A DNA stretch of 64,000 nucleotides from Diplonema japonicum (lineage: Eukaryota; Protista; Euglenozoa: Diplonemea), in the NCBI GenBank assembly GCA_964019335.1, contig OZ025684.1:248001-312000 (forward strand), written 5' to 3'. This document shows positions 20,595-31,438 of this stretch, one piece after another. The position numbers were made by a program, and so were the translations under genes. The notes under the pieces are model-generated. The model worked only from the letters and a program-made list of their open reading frames with translations, was not told where the DNA came from and searched no databases. Within the stretch, counting starts at the first letter, position 1, and each line of letters starts with the position of its first letter.

Positions 20595-22976
20595 TCAAAA
20601 AGTATGCAGCAGGTTATCATCTGGCTCTAAAAGTGTAATCGGGCCCATCTTCAACCAGTTGTATTCACGAAGGTGCATAAGGGGCACTTCTTTATAGAGG
20701 CAACATCGAAGGAGCTCGGAAGTGCGGCTGCTGCAGCAGTTGTTCGGAAAATCCTCTTCGAGCACACGAAGCGTTGTTGTGGCATCTCTGAAATGCCGTT
20801 CAACAAGCTGCTTCCACGCCTTAGTAATGAGCTCTTGGGGTTCCGCAGACCGGCACCATTCTTCATCGTCCAATGAAAGATCATTTGGTCCCGAGCTGCC
20901 TACGCTGGTGTACAACATGGAAGGGTACGGGAAGCATTTACCGACAACCCTCATCACGGGGAAGATGTAGCTGGATTTCACAAGTTTAATTGCGATATCC
21001 TCCGCCAACAGCACCTGCAGACCTTTCGCCCTTGCCAGTTCCACAAGCACGCTGCATGTGTTGAGCACCCTGCCGTGTACCAGTGGTGCCATCGTCGTCG
21101 AGGTACCGATGTTGCCACAGTGCGCAGGCCCCATGCATATCGCGAAAGTGACCAAAGGCAAGCAGAAAGCCTTGTTCGTGACGATGGAGCAGACCTCCTT
21201 GAGCCTCTCGGAGCTGATGAACTGCCACACGCACGTGATCCGCCCCCCGTCCACACGGTGCAAGGCTCCCTTGCATCGCTTCACTTGCATGGCAAACTCG
21301 TTTATAAGCAACGAGGTCCGCTGTTCGACATTCTTATAGTCAACACAGTCGAACTCCGCCACCATGACAGTAACACACGAAGACACCGAACCTTGCAAGG
21401 TCAACGACAATGATGACACAAAAGGCGAGCTGGGCATGTTGTCGCGCTCAATAGACGGCACTTCGGTGAGCGAGTCGGGCAGATACGGAAGATACTCCGT
21501 AAGGCAGTTCACCAGCACACGCATGCGAACAAAAAACATCACCCGATAGCTCCGCCGGTTGCACCGCCGTTCCTGTTCTTCAGCGGAGGAAATGAGGTCC
21601 AAGGCTGTGGTCAGTTGGAACTTCATGATGGCCTTGACGACCTTGCGTGCCACAAGGACAGTGTCGACGGCATGCTCGTGCTCCGCGATAAGCGAGTCAA
21701 GGTAGTCGTAAGAGATGCATTTGTGCTGCGACACATCGAGGCCTATGTACTCGTCGATGAGTGGGACACGCACAGAAACGATCTTATTCGTTATGAAGTA
21801 CCACATGAAGGTTGTCAAACCGCCCCATAAGAATGCCATGGCCAGCGCGAGCATCTGCATAAGAATCTGTTTGTATCCGCCGCCTAGCAGCAGGCCGTAG
21901 CTGTCGCGTGGTACGCCTAACGCGTGGACCACAAGGTCTTCTTCTGCCAGCAGACCCACACACAAGGTACCCCATGAACCGCAGCCCAGGTGAACAGCAA
22001 CGACATCGATGGCATCGTCAATACGAAGGTAGATGCGAAACTTTCGCATGGCTGCGTATGCGGCCGTGCTGCTCGCACCGATTAAGACAGCAGCCCATGG
22101 GGAGACGTAGGCGGCACCTGCCGTGATAGACACTAAGCCGGACTGTACACAGGAGCACATATGATGAATGTCGTAGTACCCCATTATTAACTTGCTTGCG
22201 ACGATGCCCACGCATGTTGAGGCAGCAGATGCGAGCAGAGTATTCGTCACGATGAACGGTGCGAGGCTCGTCCGCGTGCCGATGGTGAAGGCAAACCACG
22301 TCCACCACAAGATGAGGATGCCGGCGGAGAGCTGGAACTTGTTGTGCCCGCTGACAAGCTTTTGCCCCTCTTCAGTGAAAACATCAATATTACCTTGAAG
22401 CTGGCGAGGGCCCACAGCATGACCGAAGACAAGCGCACACGTTCCTCCAAAAACGTGTACAGTGATAGCGCGTGACGAGTCTAAAACCCCGCCATGCAGG
22501 GCGCTCGGGTTGGAAGAGGAGATAAGACCATGGTTGCTGTTGACGCAGTGCTCCAGAATCGGGAAGGAAATGCTGGTGACGAGCACGACGAAAATGAAAT
22601 AGGCGTTAACTCGGATTCTCTCCGCAACACAGCCCGATATGATGGTTACGCACGTGGTAACGTAAGGGAATGAGAGTAGCATGTTTCCCATTTCTATGGG
22701 ATCTTCAAGCCCGCTTCGGTACGCGTACAGCATGCTGTCCGTGCCTAGTATTAAAGTGCCTTTCCCGTAGGCCAGGCCGTAGCCCACGAGCCACCAGCAT
22801 AGGCAGCCAATCGAGATGTCGCCTATGTTTTTGAAGAGAATGCTGACCACATTTATCGACCTGACGCACCCTGCTTCCAGAAAGCAGAACCCCACCTGCG
22901 ATAGCAGCACCAGCACGAAACAGTACCGCAAGCCCAAGAAGTTTATGACTTCTGACGGCTGCACAGCTGGTGCCAT
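20595..22976 (-). CDS. AMT: Ammonium transporter (Amt/Mep) fused to a degenerate class III nucleotide-cyclase domain
   Basis: aa ~1-420 are Amt: GFCFLEAGCVRSINV..KN, IISGCVAER, D..AITVHVFGG..GPR, LWWTWFAF, GLVSITAG, IDDAIDVVAVHLGCGSWG, RVP..EYIGLD. The C-terminal part has the linker EYLPYLPDSL and a cyclase-like KGALHRVDGGRITCVW...ICMGPAHCGNIG...VHGRVLNTC, all in one uninterrupted ORF. Confidence 0.92.
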   Translation of the reverse strand: MAPAVQPSEVINFLGLRYCFVLVLLSQVGFCFLEAGCVRSINVVSILFKNIGDISIGCLCWWLVGYGLAYGKGTLILGTDSMLYAYRSGLEDPIEMGNMLLSFPYVTTCVTIISGCVAERIRVNAYFIFVVLVTSISFPILEHCVNSNHGLISSSNPSALHGGVLDSSRAITVHVFGGTCALVFGHAVGPRQLQGNIDVFTEEGQKLVSGHNKFQLSAGILILWWTWFAFTIGTRTSLAPFIVTNTLLASAASTCVGIVASKLIMGYYDIHHMCSCVQSGLVSITAGAAYVSPWAAVLIGASSTAAYAAMRKFRIYLRIDDAIDVVAVHLGCGSWGTLCVGLLAEEDLVVHALGVPRDSYGLLLGGGYKQILMQMLALAMAFLWGGLTTFMWYFITNKIVSVRVPLIDEYIGLDVSQHKCISYDYLDSLIAEHEHAVDTVLVARKVVKAIMKFQLTTALDLISSAEEQERRCNRRSYRVMFFVRMRVLVNCLTEYLPYLPDSLTEVPSIERDNMPSSPFVSSLSLTLQGSVSSCVTVMVAEFDCVDYKNVEQRTSLLINEFAMQVKRCKGALHRVDGGRITCVWQFISSERLKEVCSIVTNKAFCLPLVTFAICMGPAHCGNIGTSTTMAPLVHGRVLNTCSVLVELARAKGLQVLLAEDIAIKLVKSSYIFPVMRVVGKCFPYPSMLYTSVGSSGPNDLSLDDEEWCRSAEPQELITKAWKQLVERHFRDATTTLRVLEEDFPNNCCSSRTSELLRCCLYKEVPLMHLREYNWLKMGPITLLEPDDNLLHTF

Positions 22977-23352
22977 GTTCGCCTGTTTATCCTGCCCTCA
23001 ACATGTCAAAAAGAAAAACACCTATGTTGTGTTGCGTGGTTGCGGGGAACAAGGGGTTGGGGGGGGGGGAGAAAAAGGAAGAAAAGAAGTATACTTTGAT
23101 TTGGAAAGAAGTTTCGAAAAGAAGAACCAGCAAGTTTACCACTCAGCAAAGACGTATATGTGAGAAATAAAGGAGGCCAGTGTTGTTGGTGGCGCCCTGC
23201 ACAAGCACTGTCTACTTGATTGCAGGGGGCGCACCTCGGCCGAGTGTAACTTCTTCTCGTGCGCTCAATGAATGCGGTGTGGGCAAGCTTTATTATACCT
23301 TTCCAGAAAGTAAAAAAGGGAAAAAAAAGAAAAGAGAGAGGAAATTTGAGGG

Positions 23353-23383
<31 letters not shown>

Positions 23384-23703
23384 ACAGTTCCAAAAAGACA
23401 AAAACCATTGGTTCTGTGCAATGAATATGAGCTCATCCGGTTCAAAAATCTTTTGTTTTTTTTTGAACCTTCAGGGAAAAAAAAAGAAGAAAAAAAAACA
23501 AAAAAAAAAAGAATTCGATAAATTATGCAGAGACTGCTGAGGAGAAAAAAGTCGGTTGATTGTTGTGCACAGCCAGGGGTTAACCTGTAGAAGGCTAAGC
23601 CCAACAATGCTTTACCACTACTCTTTTTAGCACTAACAATTCATTGTCAATATATTGTTTTTATTGTTGAATTGTTCATGCAAAAAAAAAAAAAATAGTT
23701 CTT

Positions 23704-24216
23704 TATGACTATATGTCTTTGTTGTTCGCACGAGCAAAAAAAAAAGTTGTCTATAAAGTTGTCGATTTTAGTGGTGCCTTGCAGTATGTGACACAGCGGC
23801 CACCCTTGTGAAACTTCGCCCCGAAGCCTCCCAAGTCCCCTGTGGTCCCGTAGAAAGTAAAAGTGGAGAAGTAAAGAAAGCTTGGAAATTGAAATAGGGA
23901 GAGGGCCACAGAAGCAATTAAACACAAACTGGAGAGTTGTGGGAGGCTTGCTTCACTGGCATGATGCCGCGGGGAGGCTACTTGCCTGACCTGGTGAAGC
24001 CACCTCCTTGTTCGATGTAATGGGATAAGGGACTCTCCGTTGAGGGCGATGCTAACTGGCGCCACGGCTTTAGAACGAGAGTTTCCCTTTCGCTTGTGTT
24101 TCTCCAAACCACAATTACCAGGAACCACCACAGGGAAGTTGGAAACATTGGTCCCCCCAAAAAAAGGTTTTTAAAAAAGCGTGCGAAAGTTCTTTGCAAA
24201 GTTGCATATAGTCATA
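23704..24216. mobile_element. TIR-bounded MITE-like element
   Basis: tatgactatatg ... catatagtcata inverted ends. A shorter relative lies at ~40178-40285. The internal segment ~23995-24100 also occurs at ~12832-12911. Confidence 0.55.
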
Positions 24217-25329
24217 GTTATAAAATCATTATTTTTTTGAAAAGATAAAAAATAATATTCAAAGAAAAAAACAGGAATTGAAAAAGTGGTTTTGAAAAGA
24301 AGTCCAGGTGGGCGGCTTCAGATAAGAAAACAGCCAACACCGGCAGCAGCAGCAGCAACCGCTGTGCTAGATGCTGACACCGCCGGTCATCACGAAACCG
24401 TTGTACTCCCACCTGCGATGTACCCAGCTGCTACGGGGCCCAAGGCGTTCACGCCGAGAACTGCACCCACCACCGGTCCTGCCACAAAGCACCCGGCAGC
24501 AGTCGCTGACAAAAAAGCGGTGAGAATCTCATTTTTTGAAATGTTAATGTTTGTTACTGATTGGCAGGTACTATAATTCTACAGGCTGAGAAATAAAACT
24601 CAAAGTGCAGGACAAACCCCCTCATGGAGGGCCGCCATAAAATAAAAGTACTAACTCCCTCATATATCTAAAAATCCGTCCCGCCCACCTCTTCGACAGG
24701 AGGACACAAAACTAATATTACAGGCACGGGAAGGCGCTCTTGTTGATCTTTGCCACACATGTCTGCACCAGCGGGTTTTCTCTCCCCATATTGCCTGTAC
24801 AAGTATGCGAAAGAAAATAGACATAGGGGTTCACAACAAAGTGTTTTGCCGATAAAGATGCGGCATAGTGCTAGGACAAACAAAAAGAGAGGGAATGCTG
24901 CTCAACGCAAAATGAAGAAGGACCGACATAGAAAAAAAAGGAATGAACTCTTCCTGCATCTATCTATCATTAAGAAATAAAGAAAACCCTCAATCATAAC
25001 AATAGGTTACCTTTCACTTCTTGTATCGGAGAGAAAATTCAGAAGGTGCTACATGCACCCGGCGAGTGATCGCCAAAAAAGTAAGCTAGAAAAGTAAACA
25101 CGGAAGACATGCAGAGTTAGAGCAATGCGGCACATGATGGCGGTTCTTGAAAAACAATCAAAACGCAGAAAGAAATAGAGGAGCGGAAACTGTTTCAACA
25201 CACGATGAGTTAAGGTAAGGAAGGAAGCAAGAAATCAGGAATCGTATGTATCCATTAAGCTTGACCTTTGGCTAGAACACAGGGTAAAAGCTACATCAGG
25301 ACAAGTTGCGTTGTTTGAATTAATCACAA

Positions 25330-26727
25330 TCACCACTCAAATGTCTCGGTGTGGAGATCGAAGGAGACAGATGAAGAGGAGTGCTCCTTGCACGCCAGTC
25401 GAAGGGCTGTGAACATCTCAAAAGGTCCACAGAAGAGTACTGCCACCTTTGTCGCCACCTTCTTGGCCATCGACCCCTTCGTCTCTTCCACTTTCTCTTT
25501 GAACTCCCTCACCACCTCATTCACATCCATCCTGCCATTCTTCACCTTGTGCACAGGGTCTACTTCCATCTCACCTCTTGTGCGGTACATGGTGAGCCCA
25601 TGCTCAGCACTCATGGGGACAGCCGTGGCCACCCCATCACGGACAGACCAGTGAGTCTCAAGAAGCTGCACACTCCTCCCGCGCCTTCCCTGTTCAGCAA
25701 TGGCCGTTGCAATGGACCTCATGGGGGTGATCCCAATCCCGCCAGCCACAAACAGGAAGTGCTTGTACTTGTCAGAGTCGATGTCGATCGAGGTGTTCCC
25801 ATACGCCCCGTCCACGAGGACCTTGTGCTGCTGACCGGGCTTCGAATCCTTCGCAAGGGCCAACAGGCGTTCTCCCCAGTCCCCGCCACAGCGGATGCAG
25901 AACCTTGCAACAGTCCCCTCACACGGGGCGGTGGAGAAGGAGATGGGATGCCACTGGAAGCTCCCGATCTCAGGGATGGCAATGAAGGCATACTGTCCAG
26001 GAAGGTACTTCACCCCCTCCATCGACACCTCCACAATGTCCGTGCCTTCGATGTGTCGGATGGCCCCTTTCGCTGGCTGGAACATCGAAGTGTAGGTGCT
26101 TCTGATAGCTACATCGGCAACCCAAAGCCCGATCCCAACCATCACCAACTTAGCGGAGTGGAACATCAGGAACACGATGTAGGCGGTGAAGAAGACCCAG
26201 TGTGCAGAGTAGAAGAGGTCGAACACCTTGCGCCTGATGGGAGGCAGGGAGAACAGAAACAGAAACGCGGAACACACTCCACCACCAATGCCTGACCATT
26301 TTCGTGTGTAGTTCTCAGGTTTATCGGCAGTACCGGAGGTGAGCGCGATATAGCCGTGCAGAATGGCAAAGAAGTTGGAGAGCACAGCAGACTTCATGTG
26401 GTAGAAGATCCTGCGCTCGAAGGGTATCCCGAAGAGGAAGGTGAGAGGGGAGTTCCTTGCGGCGGTCGCAAAGGCCAACATGAGGGATATCTGAGCTAAC
26501 TTGCCAGAGTACTTGGTGTCGCCCTTGTATACACTGACCCCGAACATCGATATAAGGAATCCCAAGTAGCCCACTTCACCTGCAGTGACAGATCTGAAAA
26601 CTACACGCTGCAAGGGGTGTGCCAGAACCCATCTTGCCCTCAGACCGAACCTCCACGCTGATGCTACATCTTCATTTGGCGTCCACCTGTCGTTGAGCGG
26701 TAGCTTCTTCTGCGCAACTGACGACAT
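25330..26727 (-). CDS. Ferric reductase / NOX-superfamily flavocytochrome (copy 1)
   Basis: Heme His pairs (FYH..LHG; SAH..MFH), PGQY, QWHPISFS (FAD), VDGAYG, VAGGIGITP and FCGP (NADPH), C-terminal HTETFEW. Confidence 0.93.
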   Translation of the reverse strand: MSSVAQKKLPLNDRWTPNEDVASAWRFGLRARWVLAHPLQRVVFRSVTAGEVGYLGFLISMFGVSVYKGDTKYSGKLAQISLMLAFATAARNSPLTFLFGIPFERRIFYHMKSAVLSNFFAILHGYIALTSGTADKPENYTRKWSGIGGGVCSAFLFLFSLPPIRRKVFDLFYSAHWVFFTAYIVFLMFHSAKLVMVGIGLWVADVAIRSTYTSMFQPAKGAIRHIEGTDIVEVSMEGVKYLPGQYAFIAIPEIGSFQWHPISFSTAPCEGTVARFCIRCGGDWGERLLALAKDSKPGQQHKVLVDGAYGNTSIDIDSDKYKHFLFVAGGIGITPMRSIATAIAEQGRRGRSVQLLETHWSVRDGVATAVPMSAEHGLTMYRTRGEMEVDPVHKVKNGRMDVNEVVREFKEKVEETKGSMAKKVATKVAVLFCGPFEMFTALRLACKEHSSSSVSFDLHTETFEW

Positions 26728-27339
26728 ATTTGCAAGATAAGAAATCTGTTTGTGAGCTGCGACACCGAGTAATATAAATGAAAAGAAGAGTGGAAAACTG
26801 GCGAAAAGAAACGTACTATAGAAATAAAAGATGGTGTAAAGGTAAACGACTAGAACTAATACTCAGAAATTGCAAGATCAGCCTAAGCTTCATGTGAGAA
26901 GGACGCCGGGTCTGGCACCACTTCTTTCGGTGTGTCTTCGCAAGGAATCCACTTTTTCTATCATGAGCGTCATTGTTGTGAACTGGTTACCTGTAGAGCA
27001 ATGACATGGCGGCTTTCGAAAACAATCAAAATACGCTGCGAGAAATAGGAGCTGAAAGTATTCAACATTCACAAAAAAGAGGGCAAGGTAAGGAAGGAAG
27101 CAAGAAATCAGGGGTTAGAGGAATAACGTGTGGTGACATAGTCTGGCGAGTGATCGCCAAGTAAGAGATTATCGTACGGATCAATTAGCCTAATCTTGAA
27201 AGCTTGACTTTGGCTAGACACGATAAAGCTAGAAGGCGGCTGTTAGAAGAATTACGCAACACATCAGGACAAGTCGACATGAGACCTTTGTGATAAAGAG
27301 AGGTTGGAGGCGTGCCATGCGGAGTTTGTTTAAACACAA

Positions 27340-28740
27340 TCACCACTCAAATGTCTCGGTGTGGAGGTCGAAGGAGACAGATGAAGAGGAGTGCTCCTTG
27401 CACGCCAGTCGAAGGGGTGTGAACATCTCAAAAGGTCCACAGAAGAGTACTGCCACCTTTGTCGCCACCTTCTTGGCCATCGACCCTTTCGTCTCTTCCA
27501 CTTTCTCTTTGAACTCCCTCACCACCTCATTCACATCCATCCTGCCATTCTTCACCTTGTGCACAGGGTCTACTTCCATCTCACCTCTTGTGCGGTACAA
27601 GGTGAGCCCATGCTCAGCACTCATGGGGACAGCCGTGGCCACCCCATCACGGACAGACCAGTGAGTCTCAAGAAGCTGCACACTCCTCCCGCGCCTTCCC
27701 TGTTCAGCAATGGCCGTTGCAATGGACCTCATGGGGGTGATCCCAATCCCGCCAGCCACAAACAGGAAGTGCTTGTACTTGTCAGAGTCGATGTCGATCG
27801 AGGTGTTCCCATACGCCCCGTCCACGAGGACCTTGTGCTGCTGACCGGGCTTCGAATCCTTCGCAAGGGCCAACAGGCGTTCTCCCCAGTCCCCGCCACA
27901 GCGGATGCAGAACCTTGCAACAGTCCCCTCACACGGGGCGGTGGAGAAGGAGATGGGATGCCACTGGAAGCTCCCGATCTCAGGGATGGCAATGAAGGCA
28001 TACTGTCCAGGAAGGTACTTCACCCCCTCCATCGACACCTCCACAATGTCCGTGCCTTCGATGTGTCGGATGGCCCCTTTCGCTGGCTGGAACATCGTAG
28101 CATAGCGGCCACGAATAACCACATCGGCAACCCATAGGAAGACACCTAGAATGACGCCACCCGCTTTATGTAGCAAAAGGAACACGATGTAGGCGGTGAA
28201 GAAGACCCAGTGTGCAGAGTAGAAGAGGTCGAACACCTTGCGCCTGATGGGAGGCAGGGAGAATAGAAACAGAAGCGCGGAACACACTCCACCACCAATG
28301 CCGGTCCATTTGAACGTGAACATTTCGGGCTCATCAGCGACACCGGAGGTGAGCGCGATGTAGCCATGCAAGAAGACGAAGAGGAATGACATCACAGCAG
28401 ATTTCATGTGGTAGAAGATCCTGCGCTCGAAGGGTATCCCGAAGAGGAAGGTGAGAGGGGAGTTCCTTGCGGCGGTCGCAAAGGTTAACATGAGGGGGAT
28501 CTGAGCAAGCTCGCCACTCTCGTGTGTGTCCCAAAGGGTGACGGATGCCCAGAAGACCACTAAGAAGAACAATACAAGCAAGATCTCACCCAAGGTGAAG
28601 GACCAGAAGATAACACGCTGCAAGGGATGCGCCAGCACCCATCTTACCTGCACGCTGGGCCTCCATGCAAAGGGGGCTTCTTCATACGGCACCCACCGCG
28701 GGCCCGCACACAGCTTGTCCTCCACAGATATGGGCACCAT
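27340..28740 (-). CDS. Ferric reductase (copy 2)
   Basis: Same motifs. The C-terminal half is almost identical to copy 1. Confidence 0.93.
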   Translation of the reverse strand: MVPISVEDKLCAGPRWVPYEEAPFAWRPSVQVRWVLAHPLQRVIFWSFTLGEILLVLFFLVVFWASVTLWDTHESGELAQIPLMLTFATAARNSPLTFLFGIPFERRIFYHMKSAVMSFLFVFLHGYIALTSGVADEPEMFTFKWTGIGGGVCSALLFLFSLPPIRRKVFDLFYSAHWVFFTAYIVFLLLHKAGGVILGVFLWVADVVIRGRYATMFQPAKGAIRHIEGTDIVEVSMEGVKYLPGQYAFIAIPEIGSFQWHPISFSTAPCEGTVARFCIRCGGDWGERLLALAKDSKPGQQHKVLVDGAYGNTSIDIDSDKYKHFLFVAGGIGITPMRSIATAIAEQGRRGRSVQLLETHWSVRDGVATAVPMSAEHGLTLYRTRGEMEVDPVHKVKNGRMDVNEVVREFKEKVEETKGSMAKKVATKVAVLFCGPFEMFTPLRLACKEHSSSSVSFDLHTETFEW

Positions 28741-29321
28741 ATTAGTTTAAAAATACTTTTTATGCGATTGCTATGAGTTTTGACTGTTTTTAAGGTGACC
28801 AACAAATGAGGTAAATAAGAATAGAAATGTAAGAATCGAGCATTAAGTCCTTTTATAGGTAGAAGCAACCTTGTACGAACGCTTTAACGCTACGGGAAAG
28901 TGGAGGAAACAACACGGCTTGAGACACAAAAGGTACTTAGGAAGTGTTCACCTAGCTTTCAAGGGTGAAAAAAAAAAATGTATCTTCCGAAAGGGAGAAA
29001 TGAAAAGAATTAGAAACTAACTTTTTTTTTTCAGATCGAAAAAAAAGAAAAACAAAACAAAAAAGATAGAAAGGAAACAAGGAACATAAGGCAGTTACAA
29101 TAAACACCGGTGTTCCTTTTGTTTATGCTTCCTTCTGTTTTCTTTTTTTCAATCTGATAAACTACAAGAACAAGACCTTCCGTTCAGAACATAACTTAAC
29201 AAGTGTATCTAAGTCAACCTACTTTTGTTAAGAAAATTGAGAATGCTATTTGAATAATAAAATTTAAATTCGATAAAGTTTCAGTGTGCATGGGTGCTCA
29301 CTGTTCATTTAAATCTACAGT

Positions 29322-30707
29322 TCAGAACTCAAATGTCTCGGTGTGGAGATCGAAGGAGACAGATGAAGAGGAGTGCTCCTTGCACGCCAGTCGAAGGGGT
29401 GTGAACATCGCACCAGGGCCACAGAACAGTACTGCCACCTTCACTTTCCCTTCCGTTTTCTCGACCTTCTCTTTGAACTCCCTCACCACCTTCTTCGTAT
29501 CCATCCTGCCATTCACTATTTTATTGTTTGAGTCATTTATGGTCACATTCTCCACATCAGTGCGGTACAAGGTGAGCCCATGCTCAGCAGTCATGGGGAC
29601 AGCCGTGGCCACCCCATCACGGACAGACCAGTGAGTCTCAAGAAGCTGCACACTCCTCCCGCGCCTTCCCTGTTCAGCAATGGCCGTTGCAATGGACCTC
29701 ATGGGGGTGATCCCAATCCCGCCAGCCACAAACAGGAAGTGCTTGTACTTGTCAGAGTCGATGTCGATCGAGGTGTTCCCATACGCCCCGTCCACGAGGA
29801 CCTTGTGCTGCTGACCGGGCTTCGAATCCTTCGCAAGGGCCAACAAGCGCTCTCCCCAGTCCCCGCCGCTGCGGATGCAGAACCTTGCAACAGTCCCCTC
29901 ACACGGGGCAGAGGAGAAGGAGATGGGGTGCCACTGGAAGCCCCCGATCTCAGGGATGGCAATGAAGGCATACTGTCCAGGAAGGTACTTCACCCCCTCC
30001 ATCGACACCTCCACAATGTCCGTGCCTTCGATGTGTCGGATGGCCCCTTTCGCTGGCTGGAACATCGCCATGTACAGGTTGCGGAAGATCACATCGGCCC
30101 CCCAAAGCCCGATACCGATCAGAACTGTTGTTGCAGAGTGGAACATCAGGAACACGATGTAGGCGGTGAAGAAGAACCAGTGGGTGTAGTAGAAGGCCTC
30201 GAACATCTTACGCCTGATGGTGTAGTGGGATGTCATGCCGAGCATCGCAGCGCAGCCTGCAGCTGCGAGGCCTGTCCAGAGCTTTGTGAAGTTGTCAGAG
30301 TCAGTGGCGTCACGGCTGATGAAGGCGATGGCGCAGTGCAGGTAGGCACAGAGGTTTGCGAATATTGCGATCATCTTATGGTAGGCAACCCTGCGCTCGA
30401 AGGGTATCCCGAAGAGGAAGGTGAGAGGGGAGTTCCTTGCGGCGGTCGCAAAGGTTCCGATGAGTGGGATTTGAGCCAAACTCCCGCTGTTGCTTGTGTC
30501 TCGCCCGTATGCGCTGATGCCCAGAGCCGCAAGCCCCACCACACTCAGCAGTACCTCACCTACAGTGAAGGTCTGGAACACGACACGCTGCAAGGGGTGT
30601 GCCAGCACCCATCTTGCCCTCAAACCCCACCTCAACACCGATGGTGTGTCTTCGTAAGGAGTCCACCCTTCCAGTTCAGTATAGGATTTCCTTCTAGGAG
30701 GACCCAT
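29322..30707 (-). CDS. Ferric reductase (copy 3)
   Basis: Same motifs. The TM region is shared with copies 4 and 5. Confidence 0.93.
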   Translation of the reverse strand: MGPPRRKSYTELEGWTPYEDTPSVLRWGLRARWVLAHPLQRVVFQTFTVGEVLLSVVGLAALGISAYGRDTSNSGSLAQIPLIGTFATAARNSPLTFLFGIPFERRVAYHKMIAIFANLCAYLHCAIAFISRDATDSDNFTKLWTGLAAAGCAAMLGMTSHYTIRRKMFEAFYYTHWFFFTAYIVFLMFHSATTVLIGIGLWGADVIFRNLYMAMFQPAKGAIRHIEGTDIVEVSMEGVKYLPGQYAFIAIPEIGGFQWHPISFSSAPCEGTVARFCIRSGGDWGERLLALAKDSKPGQQHKVLVDGAYGNTSIDIDSDKYKHFLFVAGGIGITPMRSIATAIAEQGRRGRSVQLLETHWSVRDGVATAVPMTAEHGLTLYRTDVENVTINDSNNKIVNGRMDTKKVVREFKEKVEKTEGKVKVAVLFCGPGAMFTPLRLACKEHSSSSVSFDLHTETFEF

Positions 30708-31438
30708 CTTATAGTCGATAAAGAATCTATTGGCACTTTAACTCGTGTAAAAGAAAAGAATGTGAGAAAGAAGAACATATGAAGTCATAAAAAGAGAGGA
30801 ATAAAGAGATTTTTTGATTGCCGGCCAAGAAGGGCAGCAAAAAAAGCAAGGATGGATAAAAAGAAAAGAGAGGAAATAAAAATATGGGGGGGGTGCTCAG
30901 TGTTCTGTTGTCAATGCAGTCATTAAATCCCTTGCAAGAGGGAGCCTGCCAACAGTTTTGTCCCCTTCCATTTTTCATTTTCTTTTTGAAAAACAACTTT
31001 ATTATAGCTAGGCAAAATAACAAAATGGTATGTAATATTATCCCTCCTGGCTTCTGTTCCCTCAAGGGGGATGCTTTTGTATGTGCTCACGGTACATATC
31101 CTGAGAAAAGGACCGTAGTACTTGTTATATACAAAAGAAAATTTAAAAAACCAGGTAAGGGATGAGGTTTTGTCCCTCCGCCTTGCACGTGACTGTTTGG
31201 GTAAAAAACCTTAGTAACTTTCGACTGATGACGACACACACGTGATAACAATCCACTTCTTAAAGAACACCTTGTAGTAAACTTGAAGAATACATACACC
31301 ACGCTACACTACGTATGTCTGGATTCTATCACGAGAGAGAATAGCAGGAAAAGGAGGAATACTTTTTTTTATTTTAACAATCTTCATGATCAAAAAAAAA
31401 AAAAAGAATAAGCATCCTTGTTCTTTCTGTTTTGCTCC

